From Azospirillum sp. (GTDB lineage Bacteria > Pseudomonadota > Alphaproteobacteria > CACIAM-22H2), in NCBI GenBank assembly GCA_020249045.1, contig JADCGK010000058.1, positions 133-64,132 on the forward strand: a DNA stretch of 64,000 bases. Direction: 5' to 3'. Positions 44,476-59,723 of the stretch are shown piece after piece. A program made the position numbers and the translations under genes. Every line of letters starts with the position of its first letter. Position 1 is the first letter of the stretch. Below the pieces are notes generated by a model. That model had not been told where the DNA came from. It worked only from the letters and a program-made list of their open reading frames with translations, and did not search any database.

Positions 44476-45948
44476 ATGACGGGCGCGGGACGCGAACGGG
44501 GGTTGGTGGTCGCGGCGGTCGTGGGACTGCTGGTCACGGGTTTCCTTGCGATTTCCTTCGGCAGCTATTTCGCGTCGCGCTCGACCGTGCGCGACACGGT
44601 CCTGCGCGCGGAGCTGCCGCTGACCGCCGACAGCGTGTACTCCGAAATCCAACGCGACCTGATCCGGCCGATCCTGATCTCCTCGCTGATGGCCGCCGAC
44701 ACGTTCGTGCGCGATTGGGCGCTGGCGGGCGAGCGCGACGCCGCGCCGATCGTCGCCTATCTGGCCGAGATCAAACGGCGCTTCGGCGCGTTCACGGCGT
44801 TCTACGTTTCCGACCGCACCCGGACCTACTATCACGCCGAAGGCGTTTTGAAGACCGTGCGGGAGGAGGACCCGCGCGACGCGTGGTTTTTCCGCGTCCG
44901 CGCGATGCGCGAAGCCTACGAGATCAACCTCGATCCCGACATGGCCAACAGCGACGCGCTGACGATCTTCATCAACTACCGCGTCGAGGACTTCGAAGGG
45001 CGATTCATCGGCACGACGGGCGTCGGGTTGACGGTGGACGCGGTGCGACGGCTGATCGACGACTATCAATCGCGCTTCGAGCGCACGATCTTCCTGGCCA
45101 ACGATCGCGGCAAGATCGTGATGGTCGGCAAGGGCGGCGACGTGCCGGAGCCGGAGATAGCCGCGCGCGGCGATCTGGTGCGCGCGGCCGGACCGCTGCC
45201 GCGCGAAGGCACGCGGGCGTTCGCCTACGCGCTGCGCGGGGAAACGCGGCTGGCCAACGTGCGCTACATTCCCGAATTGCAGTGGTTTCTGTTCGTCGAG
45301 AAATCCGACGAGGCGGGCCAGGCGGCGGTGCGCCGCACGCTGTGGCTCAACCTCGCCCTCGCCGCGGCCGTGACGGCGATCGCCCTCGCCGGCGCGCTTG
45401 CCACGCTCGCGCGCTATCAGCGCCGGATCGAAGCGCTGGCGACCACCGATCCGCTGACAGGTCTCGCCACCCGCCACGGCTACCGGCTGCTGGCCGACCA
45501 GATGGAGAAGGAATTGCGCCGGACCCCGCAACGGGTTTCGGTGCTGATGGCCGATGTCGACCGCTTCAAGTCGGTCAACGACGCGCGCGGCCATGCGGCC
45601 GGGGATGCGACCCTGGCCGCCGTCGGCCGGGCCTTGCGCGCCGAACTGCGCGCCAGCGACATCCGGGTCCGCTGGGGCGGGGACGAATTCCTGGTCGTGT
45701 TGCGCGGGTGCGACCTTGTGCGGGCCCAAGATCTCGCCGAACGCATCCGGCGCGCTGCCGCCGCCGCGGCGGGCCCGACTGCCGGGGTCACGCTGTCGGT
45801 CGGCGTCGCCGAGCGCGACCCCCTCGAACCGCTCGAGGCAACGGTCGCGCGCGCCGACCACGCGTTGATGGACGCCAAACGCGCCGGGCGCGACCGGGTC
45901 GCCGTCGCAGCACCGCCGAACACCCCCGCCCGCCCCCCGGCCGGTTGA
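44476..45948 (+). CDS. Membrane diguanylate cyclase with Cache-like periplasmic sensor
   Basis: Two TM; DPLTGL, DVDRFKSVND..GH..GD, RASD I-site five residues before GGDEF. Confidence 0.92.
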   Translation: MTGAGRERGLVVAAVVGLLVTGFLAISFGSYFASRSTVRDTVLRAELPLTADSVYSEIQRDLIRPILISSLMAADTFVRDWALAGERDAAPIVAYLAEIKRRFGAFTAFYVSDRTRTYYHAEGVLKTVREEDPRDAWFFRVRAMREAYEINLDPDMANSDALTIFINYRVEDFEGRFIGTTGVGLTVDAVRRLIDDYQSRFERTIFLANDRGKIVMVGKGGDVPEPEIAARGDLVRAAGPLPREGTRAFAYALRGETRLANVRYIPELQWFLFVEKSDEAGQAAVRRTLWLNLALAAAVTAIALAGALATLARYQRRIEALATTDPLTGLATRHGYRLLADQMEKELRRTPQRVSVLMADVDRFKSVNDARGHAAGDATLAAVGRALRAELRASDIRVRWGGDEFLVVLRGCDLVRAQDLAERIRRAAAAAAGPTAGVTLSVGVAERDPLEPLEATVARADHALMDAKRAGRDRVAVAAPPNTPARPPAG

Positions 45949-46036
45949 CAAGCGCCCGCGCCCGGCCCACCTTCCCCGCGGTCTCGGATGGGCCGCGCGA
46001 CTCCGCGCGCGCGGCTCCCGCCCGCGGGAGTTGTCC

Positions 46037-46516
46037 ATGAAGCGCGCGCTGCGTTCCCTCGTTCTGGCCGGACTTGCGGCGTCGATGCTCGGCGCCTGTT
46101 CCATCGCGCGCGTGGACGTGCGCGGCTACGTGCCCAACGACGAGGAACTCGCCAAGCTCGAACCGGGCCGGCAGAGCCGGGACGAGGTCCAGCAGATCCT
46201 GGGTTCGCCCTCGTCGATGGGCGCCTTCGACGAGGAGCAAAGCTGGTACTACATCTACCGCAAGACCAGCACGACGGCGTTTTTCGAGCCCGAAGTCCTC
46301 GAACAACGCGTCGTCGTCGTGCATTTCGACCGCGGCGGCATGCTGCGCGACGTGCGCCGCTACGCCCTCGAGGACGGCCTGATCGTCGATCCGGTGACGC
46401 GCACGACCCCCTCGCCGGGGCGCGAAATGTCCTTCCTCGAACAGCTGCTGGGCAACGTCGGCAAATTCAATCGCGCGGGGGGCAGTTCGGGCCCGTTCGG
46501 CGGCGGCCGGAACTGA
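46037..46516 (+). CDS. bamE: Outer membrane protein assembly factor BamE
   Basis: Lipobox LGAC, RGY, V..ILGSPS, WYYI, TPSPGRE.SFLEQLLGN. Confidence 0.9.
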   Translation: MKRALRSLVLAGLAASMLGACSIARVDVRGYVPNDEELAKLEPGRQSRDEVQQILGSPSSMGAFDEEQSWYYIYRKTSTTAFFEPEVLEQRVVVVHFDRGGMLRDVRRYALEDGLIVDPVTRTTPSPGREMSFLEQLLGNVGKFNRAGGSSGPFGGGRN

Positions 46517-46568
46517 CGCCGCCGGCGCCGTTGCCCGCGCCGCCCCATCCAATGCCGCCCCAAAACTG

Positions 46569-46602
46569 AAACGGCCCCGGGATCGCTCCCGGGGCCGCTT
46601 CG
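46569..46602. terminator. Hairpin between convergent bamE and hppA
   Basis: GAAACGGCCCCGGGA-tcgc-TCCCGGGGCCGCTTC inverted repeat with short T/A flanks. Confidence 0.7.
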
Positions 46603-46621
46603 TTTCCGGCGATCGCCGCCC

Positions 46622-48697
46622 TCAGTGCGCGAGGATGGCGAGCAACAGGATGGCGACGATGTTGATGATCTTGATCATCGGGTTCACCGCCGGGCCGGCC
46701 GTATCCTTGTACGGATCGCCGACCGTATCGCCCGTCACCGCGGCCTTGTGGGCATCGGAGCCCTTGCCGCCGTAATGGCCTTCCTCGATGTACTTCTTGG
46801 CGTTGTCCCAAGCGCCGCCGCCCGAGGTCATCGAGATCGCGACGAACAGACCCGTCACGATCGTCCCGAGCAGCATGGCGCCCATCGCCGCGAAGGCCTG
46901 CGCCTGACCCGCGATCATCGAGATCACGACGTAGAGCACGACCGGCGCCAGCACCGGCAGCAGCGAGGGCACGATCATCTCGCGGATCGCGGCCGCGGTC
47001 AGCATGTCGACGGCGCGGCCGTAATCGGGCTTGGCCGTGCCTTCCATGATGCCCTTGATCTCGCGGAACTGGCGGCGCACTTCCTCGACGACCGCACCCG
47101 CGGCCTTGCCGACCGCCGTCATGCCCATCGCGCCGAACAGGTACGGCAGCATGCCGCCCATGAACAGGCCGATGACCACGTAGGGGTTGGTGAGGCCGAA
47201 ATCGACCGTCTTGGCGACCTCGGGGAAGTAGTGCTGCAGGTCGTAGATGTAGGCGGCGAACAGCACGACGGCCGCAAGGCCCGCCGAACCGATCGCGTAG
47301 CCCTTCGTCACGGCCTTGGTCGTGTTGCCCACGGCGTCGAGCGCGTCGGTGAACTTGCGCACGTCCTTGGGCAGCCCCGACATTTCGGCGATGCCGCCGG
47401 CGTTGTCGGTCACGGGGCCGTAGGCGTCGAGCGCCACGATGATGCCGGCGAGCGCCAGCATCGTGGTGGCGGCGATGCCGATGCCGTAGAGACCGGCCGT
47501 CAGGTACGAGATCAGGATGCCCGCGCAGATCACCACGACCGGCAGCGCCGTCGATTCCAACGACACCGCGAGGCCCTGGATCACGTTCGTGCCGTGACCG
47601 GTTTGCGAGGCCTTGGCGACCGAGCGGACCGGGCGGTAGTCGGTGCCCGTGTAGTACTCGGTGATGACGACCAGCGCAGCCGTGACGCCGAGACCGACCA
47701 GCGCGCACACGAACAGGCTCATGCCCGTCGAAGCGCCCAGCTTGCCCGACATGCCGATCATCGAGGACGTGACCGCGAAGATCAGACCCGCGGAGATCAC
47801 GCCCGCCACGATCAGCGCCTTGTACAGCGCCTTCATGATGTTGTTGTCGGCGCCGAGCTTGACGAAATAGGTGCCGACGACCGAGGCGACGATGCACACG
47901 CCGGCGATCACCAGCGGATACATCATGGCCTTGGCGACATCGGCGCCGGTGAAGGCGACGACCGCCAGCAGCATGGTGGCGACGATCGTGACCGCGTAGG
48001 TCTCGAACAGATCGGCCGCCATGCCCGCGCAATCGCCCACGTTGTCGCCCACGTTGTCGGCGATCACGGCGGGGTTGCGGGGATCGTCCTCGGGGATGCC
48101 CGCTTCGACCTTGCCCACGAGATCGGCGCCCACGTCCGCACCCTTGGTGAAGATGCCGCCGCCCAACCGCGCGAAGATCGAAATCAGCGACGCGCCGAAG
48201 GACAGCGCCACCAGCGCTTCGATCGTGGCGCGCGAGGTTTCGCCCTTCCAGTTCGACAGCACGCCGTAGTAACCGGCGACGCCGATCAGGCCGAGACCGA
48301 CCACCAGCAATCCGGTGATGGCGCCCGCCTTGAAGGCGATGTCGAGGGCCGGTTGCAGGCCGTTGCGCGCGGCCTCGGCCGTGCGCACGTTGGCGCGCAC
48401 CGAGACGTTCATGCCGACGTAGCCGGCGGCGCCCGAAAGCACCGCGCCGACCACGAAGCCGAGCGCGACATGGATGCCCAACGTGAAGACCAGGATCAGC
48501 GCCACGACCACGCCGACGATGGCGATGGTACGATACTGACGATCCAAATACGCCCCGGCGCCTTCGGCGACCGCAGCGGCGATCTTCTGCATGGTTTCGT
48601 TGCCCGCGGGGGCGGCGACGACCTGACGGTACGCGACGATCCCGTAAAGGACCGCCAGGACACCGCAGGCGATGACGAGCCAGAACTCGGCCGACAT
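46622..48697 (-). CDS. hppA: Membrane H+-translocating pyrophosphatase, K+-independent type
   Basis: [35 protein letters not shown] (Lys marks the K+-independent subfamily), [10 protein letters not shown]. Confidence 0.96.
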   Translation of the reverse strand: MSAEFWLVIACGVLAVLYGIVAYRQVVAAPAGNETMQKIAAAVAEGAGAYLDRQYRTIAIVGVVVALILVFTLGIHVALGFVVGAVLSGAAGYVGMNVSVRANVRTAEAARNGLQPALDIAFKAGAITGLLVVGLGLIGVAGYYGVLSNWKGETSRATIEALVALSFGASLISIFARLGGGIFTKGADVGADLVGKVEAGIPEDDPRNPAVIADNVGDNVGDCAGMAADLFETYAVTIVATMLLAVVAFTGADVAKAMMYPLVIAGVCIVASVVGTYFVKLGADNNIMKALYKALIVAGVISAGLIFAVTSSMIGMSGKLGASTGMSLFVCALVGLGVTAALVVITEYYTGTDYRPVRSVAKASQTGHGTNVIQGLAVSLESTALPVVVICAGILISYLTAGLYGIGIAATTMLALAGIIVALDAYGPVTDNAGGIAEMSGLPKDVRKFTDALDAVGNTTKAVTKGYAIGSAGLAAVVLFAAYIYDLQHYFPEVAKTVDFGLTNPYVVIGLFMGGMLPYLFGAMGMTAVGKAAGAVVEEVRRQFREIKGIMEGTAKPDYGRAVDMLTAAAIREMIVPSLLPVLAPVVLYVVISMIAGQAQAFAAMGAMLLGTIVTGLFVAISMTSGGGAWDNAKKYIEEGHYGGKGSDAHKAAVTGDTVGDPYKDTAGPAVNPMIKIINIVAILLLAILAH

Positions 48698-48859
48698 AGG
48701 ATGATTCCCCTATTTCTTGTTATAGATCATAAGTTTAGAGGCAGAGCCCAGTACCCCACCCCAGGACGCGCGGGACCATGCCAGACGAATCGAATTGTTG
48801 CAAGGGCTTGGCGCGGCTTCGAATTCCGGCGATTTCGGGCGCCGGCAGCGCGTCGGCGA

Positions 48860-51685
<2,826 letters not shown>

Positions 51686-51752
51686 TTCGTCGGCCATTTG
51701 TACATCGGCGATTTGTGGATTTTGCGGCGAGGACAGCGCGTCGGCGCAACCG

Positions 51753-51767
51753 TTTACGCAAGATTAA
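51753..51767. promoter_or_regulatory. Putative CtrA box upstream of the PAS_5 gene
   Basis: TTTA-cgcaaga-TTAA. Confidence 0.45.
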
Positions 51768-51809
51768 GCGCTCGACGGTAAACTCGACAATCTCCACGAG
51801 TGTGCGCCC

Positions 51810-52262
51810 GTGTCCGAAGAAGTTCCTTATTCGCCCCGTCTGTTGGAATTCGAATCGCTTTGGCGCTCGAAATGCCGCGGCCCGCTGATCCCGGGCCGGC
51901 GCGACTTCGCATTCGAAGAGTTCCGGCCCTGGCTCGGCATGATCACGCTGCTCGAAGCGGTCGACGGCGGCGCGGATTTCCGGATCGCGTTGCACGGTAC
52001 GGCGAACGCCGAACGCTTCCGCATCGACGCGACGGGCATGCGCGTCTCCGAACTGCCGCCGCAATGGCGTGCGGCGGTCGAACCGGGCATCGCCGCCGTG
52101 ATCGCCGCGCGCGCGCCGGTTCTGTCGCGTCATCGGTGGGTGAACGAGCAATTCGACTACGCGTGGGAGCGCGTGCTGGCGCCGTTCGCATCCGACGGCG
52201 TGACGATCGACGGCCTCGCCAGCGTGGTCGCCGACGTGTCGTACAAGCCGCTTTTCCCGTGA
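51810..52262 (+). CDS. Stand-alone PAS_5 (DUF1457-like) domain protein
   Basis: LWRSK...IPGRRDF, FRIALHGT, DATG, WERVLAPF.SDG..ID. Confidence 0.75.
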   Translation: MSEEVPYSPRLLEFESLWRSKCRGPLIPGRRDFAFEEFRPWLGMITLLEAVDGGADFRIALHGTANAERFRIDATGMRVSELPPQWRAAVEPGIAAVIAARAPVLSRHRWVNEQFDYAWERVLAPFASDGVTIDGLASVVADVSYKPLFP

Positions 52263-52537
52263 CGGCCGCGTCCGCGGAGCGGTGGCACGTCTACGTGCTG
52301 CTGAACGACGCCGGCACGAGTTATGTCGGCAGCACGTCGGATCCCGACCGGCGGTTGGCCGCGCACAACGCGGGCAAGGGCGCCAAATTCACCCGCGGGC
52401 GCGGGCCGTGGCGCCTCATCCACAGCGAAACCTTCGCGACGAAGGGGGCCGCGCTGTCGCGCGAAGCCGCGCTCAAAAAAGACCACGCGTTCAGGCGTGC
52501 GCTGAAGGCGACTTGGCGAGATCGTCGAACGCCTTGA
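52259..52537 (+). CDS. GIY-YIG nuclease (YhbQ/UPF0213-like)
   Basis: [45 protein letters not shown]; GTGA coupling to the PAS gene. Confidence 0.88.
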   Translation: MTAASAERWHVYVLLNDAGTSYVGSTSDPDRRLAAHNAGKGAKFTRGRGPWRLIHSETFATKGAALSREAALKKDHAFRRALKATWRDRRTP

Positions 52538-53336
52538 GCCGCGCAAGCACGCCCGGCATTTCCTTGAGCGGGACCATGTTGGGCCCGTCGGAGGGTGCCT
52601 TGTCGGGGTCCTGGTGCGTTTCCATGAACACGGCCGCCACCCCCACGGCCACCGCCGCGCGCGCGAGGACCGGCACGTATTCGCGTTGGCCGCCCGAGGA
52701 TGTGCCCTTGCCGCCGGGCTGCTGGACCGAGTGCGTTGCGTCGAACACGACCGGATAGCCGCTTTCGGCCATGACCGGCAGGGCGCGCATGTCCGACACC
52801 AGCGTGTTGTAACCGAACGACACGCCGCGTTCGGTCTGCAGGACCTTGTCGTTGCCGGTGCTCGCGACCTTGGCGACGACGTTCTTCATGTCCCACGGGG
52901 CCAGGAATTGGCCCTTCTTGACGTTGACCGCGCGGCCCGTCGCGCCCGCCGCGAGAAGAAGATCGGTCTGCCGGCACAAGAAGGCCGGGATCTGCAGCAC
53001 ATCCACCGCCTCGGCCACGGGCGCGCATTGCTCGGCGGTATGCACGTCGGTCAGCACCGGGCAGCCGTATTTCTCGCGCACTTCGGCGAGGATCGGCAGG
53101 CTCTTCGCCATGCCGATGCCGCGCTCGGCGGAAACCGACGTGCGGTTGGCCTTGTCGAAGCTCGTCTTGTAGATCAGCGGAATGCCGAGTTTGGCGGTGA
53201 GTTCGACCAGCGCGTGGGACATCTCCAACGCATGCTGGCGGCTCTCGAGCGCGCACGGCCCCGCGATCAACGCGAAGGGCTTGTCGTTGCCGACCAGGAA
53301 ATTGCCGATGGGGACGTGTTTAGCCACCGATGTCAT
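52491..53336 (-). CDS. kdsA: KDO8P synthase
   Basis: [44 protein letters not shown]. Confidence 0.98.
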   Translation of the reverse strand: MTSVAKHVPIGNFLVGNDKPFALIAGPCALESRQHALEMSHALVELTAKLGIPLIYKTSFDKANRTSVSAERGIGMAKSLPILAEVREKYGCPVLTDVHTAEQCAPVAEAVDVLQIPAFLCRQTDLLLAAGATGRAVNVKKGQFLAPWDMKNVVAKVASTGNDKVLQTERGVSFGYNTLVSDMRALPVMAESGYPVVFDATHSVQQPGGKGTSSGGQREYVPVLARAAVAVGVAAVFMETHQDPDKAPSDGPNMVPLKEMPGVLARLKAFDDLAKSPSAHA

Positions 53337-53340
53337 CGGC

Positions 53341-55032
<1,692 letters not shown>

Positions 55033-55096
55033 TCAAAGGGTAATTTCGCGGTTGACGGGTTTTCCACCCGTCCCCCGATTCGCAACGACGACGCTG

Positions 55097-55423
55097 TCAG
55101 CGTGCGACGGGCGGTGCGGGCGTCGCAGGTGCCGCCGGCAAGGCCGGCGCACCCGGCAACGGACCGTCCATCACGCCGCCGGCGCGCTGGGAATGCCCGC
55201 CCGCCATGATCGCCAGCACCAGGCTCGTGACCATGAACGCGGCCGCCAAGATCGCCGTGGCGCGGGTCAGCAGATTGGCCGTGCCCCGGGCCGTCATGAA
55301 CCCGCCCATGCCGCCCGACCCGCCGCCCAAACCCAGGCCGCCCCCTTCGGAGCGCTGGACGAGCACCACGCCCACCAGGGCGATGGCGATCAGCAAATGA
55401 ACGACGGTGACGACGAGTTCCAT
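55097..55423 (-). CDS. secG: Preprotein translocase subunit SecG
   Basis: VLVQRSEGGGLG, RGTANLLTRATAILA. Confidence 0.95.
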   Translation of the reverse strand: MELVVTVVHLLIAIALVGVVLVQRSEGGGLGLGGGSGGMGGFMTARGTANLLTRATAILAAAFMVTSLVLAIMAGGHSQRAGGVMDGPLPGAPALPAAPATPAPPVAR

Positions 55424-55627
55424 GGGGTACGGACCTGATTTCGCGAAGAGGCCGGGGTTTTAGCCGGTTGCCGACAGCGGGTAAAGAGTGCTGGCCCGGA
55501 TATTGTTTCCATCTAGGCAACGAAGTTTTCGTTTTCCGAGGAATTGTCTCTTTCGGTGATCGACGCCAAATTCTCCCTCGAAGCGGCGACGACCGCCCCA
55601 AACTCGAACGTCGAAGGAAAATCCCCC

Positions 55628-56329
55628 ATGATCGTCTTGCGTCCCTCCGAAGAGCGCGGGCCCGCCGATTTCGGCTGGCTCAAGGCGCGCCACAGCTTCT
55701 CGTTCGGCAATTACTACGACCCGCGCCATATGGGTTTCCGGGCGTTGCGCGTGATCAACGAGGATCGCGTGGCGGCCGGGGCTGGCTTCCCCACGCACGG
55801 TCACCGCGACATGGAGATCGTGACGTATCTCCTCGACGGCGAACTCGAGCACAAGGACTCGATGGGCAACGGCGAGGTGATCCGCCCCGGCGAAGTCCAG
55901 GCGATGACCGCGGGCACCGGCGTGCTCCATTCGGAATTCAACCCCTCCGAGAGCAATCCGACGCATCTGCTGCAGATCTGGCTGCTGCCCGATCGCCAGG
56001 GCCACACGCCGCGCTACGACCAAAAGCAGTTCCCGCGCGCGGAGAAACTGAACCGCCTGCGCTTGATCGTGTCGCCCGACGGCGCCGACGGATCGATCTT
56101 CATCCATCAGGACGCCCGGCTCTACGCGACCGTGCTGGAGGCGGAAAAGTCGGTGGCGCTGGACCTCGCGCCCAAGCGTCACGCGTGGATCCAGGTCGCG
56201 CGCGGGGAAGTGGCGTTGGGCGAACTCGCCCTTCGCCAGGGCGACGGCGCCGCCGTCAGCGAGGAGACGCGCGTCGCCTTGAAGGGCCTCGCGCCCGAAA
56301 GCGAAGTGTTGGTTTTCGACCTGAACTGA
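55628..56329 (+). CDS. Pirin family protein (YhhW-like)
   Basis: GWL..RHSFSF, LRVINED, GF.TH.HRDMEI, HKDSMG, MTAGTG..HSE.N, LQIW. Confidence 0.94.
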   Translation: MIVLRPSEERGPADFGWLKARHSFSFGNYYDPRHMGFRALRVINEDRVAAGAGFPTHGHRDMEIVTYLLDGELEHKDSMGNGEVIRPGEVQAMTAGTGVLHSEFNPSESNPTHLLQIWLLPDRQGHTPRYDQKQFPRAEKLNRLRLIVSPDGADGSIFIHQDARLYATVLEAEKSVALDLAPKRHAWIQVARGEVALGELALRQGDGAAVSEETRVALKGLAPESEVLVFDLN

Positions 56330-56351
56330 CGCGCGGGCGGCGGCGGCGGGA

Positions 56352-59300
56352 TCACCCGCCGTCGCCGACCAGCAGGAACGGCGCCCAGAAGATCGGGTGC
56401 GCGTAGACGAAACCCGCCCCGTCGGCCGGCGTGTCGATGAGACCCAGCATCGCGCGGCGCAGCGCGCTCGCCCGGTCGAGCCGCGGGTCGGCGGCTTGGC
56501 GCGCGAAAACGTCGGTCGTCAGCAGGCGCGCGCTGGTGGTTTCGACCGGCCAACTGGTGACCAGCAACGCGCGCGCACCGGCGTAGAAGAACGCGCGTCC
56601 CAATCCCGAAACGGCTTCCGCGCCGTCCCCGTCGCCCGAAGCCGTGTTGCACGCCGACAAGACCACCCAATCGGCGTCCAACCGGAGCCGCAGGATTTCC
56701 TCCATCGTCAGCAAGCCGTCGCCGTCGCCATCGGCGAGATCGGGCGCGGTCAGCGCCAGCGCGGGCTGGGTCAAGCCGTCGAGTTCGCCGGGGATCAGTC
56801 CGTGCGTGGCGAACATCACGAAGCGGCGGCGCGCGAGATCCGCGCGGATCACGGCCGCCTCGGTCGCGTTCCGGCCCAAGAACACGTCGCGCGCCGCATC
56901 CGCCCCCAAGGCGCGCGCGACCGACAGAACCTCGTCCGCCGTATCGGGCAATGCGGCCAAATCGGCCAGAGTCGCGCTGGTCGCGGCGGAGGCGGTGGGC
57001 GCGTTGCGGCGCACGAGCCGGACGCCGCGCGTGGCCAGGGCGCTCGCCTCTTGCGGGGCTTGGGTTGCCCCTTGGGGCGTCGCCTGCCCTGCGGAAAACC
57101 AAGGATCCCCGAAGCCCGCGAACATCCGGCGTTCGGCCGCCGGCGCCGGCAAGCCGCGCAGCACGCGGAACGCGGCGACCGACGGCACTTGGCTGATCGC
57201 CGTCTCGCGCACCAGCCAAGCGACGTCGCGATACTCGGCGAAGTAAGGTTGGCCCCGGCGCGGCGCCATTTCACCCGGGGGCTTGGTCACCAAAACGGCC
57301 ATCGGCAATTGCCCCAACGGCCCGTGCGGCACCATCGTGACCGCGCGCGCGCCCCCGATCGCCGCTTCGACCGGCCCCAGCAGCGCGGCGTACAAACGAT
57401 GCGCGCGCCCGACGTCGAAGGCGGGCACGTCGTCGAGTGTGGCGGCGTTGGGGTCGAGCGCTTGGCGCAGCACGGCCACGTCGCGCGCAAGCGCCGCCTC
57501 GCCCAGCGGGACCGCTGCGAACGACGGTGCGCGGCCGTGCCGCACGGCCCACACATAGCTGGCCTCGCGTCCGACGAAGAACGCGACCAACGCTTCGTCG
57601 GGCTTCAAGGCGCGTTGGGCATCGGCCAGCGAGGGCGGACGCGGATTGCGCAATTGCTCGTAATCGGGGAACCGACGCGCGAGATCCTCGTTGATCCGGC
57701 GGCGGTCGGCCTCCAACTCGCGCACCTGCCGCCCGAGTTGGGCTTCGATGCGCGCGTCGCGCTGATCGGCGGGCTGGCCCGCGATGTCGGCGAGCACGCC
57801 GCGGATCGCTTCGATCTGGCGCGCGGCGTCCTGTTCGGACCGGATCGCGGCCTCCAACGCGGGATCGCCCGCACCCGCGCGGGCGCTCATCTGCGCGATG
57901 GCGCCTTGCACGGACATGCCGCGCGCCAGATCGGCGAAGCGGAACGCCGCGTCGGCCGGATCGAAACCCGCCACGGCGACGCCTTTGGCCGCCAGATCGG
58001 CGTAAAGCCCGACCATCTCGCCGATCAGCACGCGCCGGACGCGGTTCACGGCGGCACCCGACGCGTCGCTCGATGCGGCGTCGCCCGCCGGCCCGCGTTC
58101 GAGGACGGGGGCGATCTCGCGCAACTCGGCGACCGCGCGCGCGGCATCGCCGTTGCGCGCGACGGCGAGCGCCCGGAACCCCCGCACCAGCGCCGGGCCG
58201 TGCGCTTGATCGCCGAACCGGGCGATCTGATCGCGCGCCACGCGGTCGAGCACGGTTTGCGCCGCGCGGGAATCCCCGGTCATCAGCAGCGCCACGCCGT
58301 AATTGCGCGTTGCCGTCACGCGGTTTTCGGCGAGGGTGCGATTGCCGCCGATCGCCTGCAGCGTGCGCCGGTACTGCGCCAGCGCCTCGGCGTACTTGCC
58401 TTGCCACAGCAACGCCGTGGCGATCTGGTTCTGCGCCGTGAGCGTGCCGGCGTTGGTCGGCGGAAAGCGCATCTCGCGCTGGATGGCGAGCGAACGGCCC
58501 GCCAGATTCTCCGCCTCGGCGAAGCGGCCCTGCTCGATCAGCACGTTCGTCAACGCTTCGATGCGGAAGATCGTCGTCGGATGATAGGGCCCGAAATGCT
58601 CGATGGCGAGCTGCAGCGATCGCCGCGCGAAGACCTCCGCCTCGACGAAGCGCGACTGATCGATCAACGTGCCCGCGATCTGGCCGAGCGAGAAGGCGAC
58701 CGGGTTCACGAACCGGTTGGGATTGTTCCCGAGCCCCGCGCGCACGCGCGCGTGCATCGTCTCGGCGTTCGCCGCCGCGCTGCGCCAAGCGGCTTCCGCG
58801 GCCGGCAGGTTGCCGGCGGCGCGCTCGATGGCGGCGCGCGCGCTGTCGATCCGCTGCGCGTAATAGGGCGCCCACGGACCTGCGTCGCGGAACTGCATCG
58901 CCTGCAAGCGCAGCCCCTCCAACCGGCGCAGCATCGCGCGCGCTTCGTCCATCCGGCCCGCGGACGCCAGGACGCGCGTGGCTTCCGAACCGAGTTCGAG
59001 CCCCGCGACGGGTCCGGCCGCCGCATCGACCGCGCGCACGCGCAGATCGATGCCGCGCTGCCGGTTGCCGAAATCCATCTCGGCCTGCCCGGTTTCGCCC
59101 ATGAACCATGCCGAATCCCGATGCCGGCCGCGCAACGCCAAGTCCAACGCCTCGCGCGATGCGGCGAGGTGTTCGTCGATGCGGCCTTCGTTGCGCAGCC
59201 GCTGGGAGCGCGTGCGCGCCTCGTTGGCCCGCCGCAGATAGTCGGCGATCTGCGCCTCGGTGGGGGCCGCGGCAGATGGGGCCGCCGGAGCGGGCGCCGC

Positions 59301-59660
59301 CGCACCGGCTTGCGGTGCTTGCGGCGCGCGACGGGCTTGATTGCCCCCCTGCGCCTGCGATTGAGCCTGCGCCTGGGCCTGCGCGGGCGCTTGGGCACGT
59401 GGCACGGCCGCGGGCCCAAGCGGCGCGGACCCGTCCTCCTCGGCTTGCGCGACGGCGCCGTCCGGGCGGCGCGTCGCGAGTTCGCGATCAAGTTTTTCGA
59501 GAACGTCGGCGATCGTGCGCGGCGGCGGCACGAAGGCGCGCTGCGCGGTCGCCAGCCGCACGGCCGCGGCTTCCCCGCCCGCGATGGGCCGTTGTCCTTC
59601 GGGCGTACAAGCGACAAGCACGATGCCCGACAGCATCGCGAAGACGGCGATCCGAACCAT
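56352..59660 (-). CDS. TPR-CHAT (caspase-like protease) lipoprotein
   Basis: Lipobox IVLVAC; TPR repeats (HFGPYHP); CHAT motifs VPHGPLGQLP, FGDP, FATHG (His), VLSACNT (Cys), SGLGRAFFYAG, W.V, HPIFWAPF. Confidence 0.92.
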   Translation of the reverse strand: MVRIAVFAMLSGIVLVACTPEGQRPIAGGEAAAVRLATAQRAFVPPPRTIADVLEKLDRELATRRPDGAVAQAEEDGSAPLGPAAVPRAQAPAQAQAQAQSQAQGGNQARRAPQAPQAGAAAPAPAAPSAAAPTEAQIADYLRRANEARTRSQRLRNEGRIDEHLAASREALDLALRGRHRDSAWFMGETGQAEMDFGNRQRGIDLRVRAVDAAAGPVAGLELGSEATRVLASAGRMDEARAMLRRLEGLRLQAMQFRDAGPWAPYYAQRIDSARAAIERAAGNLPAAEAAWRSAAANAETMHARVRAGLGNNPNRFVNPVAFSLGQIAGTLIDQSRFVEAEVFARRSLQLAIEHFGPYHPTTIFRIEALTNVLIEQGRFAEAENLAGRSLAIQREMRFPPTNAGTLTAQNQIATALLWQGKYAEALAQYRRTLQAIGGNRTLAENRVTATRNYGVALLMTGDSRAAQTVLDRVARDQIARFGDQAHGPALVRGFRALAVARNGDAARAVAELREIAPVLERGPAGDAASSDASGAAVNRVRRVLIGEMVGLYADLAAKGVAVAGFDPADAAFRFADLARGMSVQGAIAQMSARAGAGDPALEAAIRSEQDAARQIEAIRGVLADIAGQPADQRDARIEAQLGRQVRELEADRRRINEDLARRFPDYEQLRNPRPPSLADAQRALKPDEALVAFFVGREASYVWAVRHGRAPSFAAVPLGEAALARDVAVLRQALDPNAATLDDVPAFDVGRAHRLYAALLGPVEAAIGGARAVTMVPHGPLGQLPMAVLVTKPPGEMAPRRGQPYFAEYRDVAWLVRETAISQVPSVAAFRVLRGLPAPAAERRMFAGFGDPWFSAGQATPQGATQAPQEASALATRGVRLVRRNAPTASAATSATLADLAALPDTADEVLSVARALGADAARDVFLGRNATEAAVIRADLARRRFVMFATHGLIPGELDGLTQPALALTAPDLADGDGDGLLTMEEILRLRLDADWVVLSACNTASGDGDGAEAVSGLGRAFFYAGARALLVTSWPVETTSARLLTTDVFARQAADPRLDRASALRRAMLGLIDTPADGAGFVYAHPIFWAPFLLVGDGG

Positions 59661-59723
59661 TCCCACCCCCACCGACGGAACGAAAGTCTATCCCATCGCC
59701 TGGGGTCGCGGAAGCGACGGCCG

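Noticed and set aside
52259-52537. GIY-YIG gene as a homing endonuclease or mobile element
   Set aside because: It is a short stand-alone YhbQ-type protein with no intron or terminal repeats.
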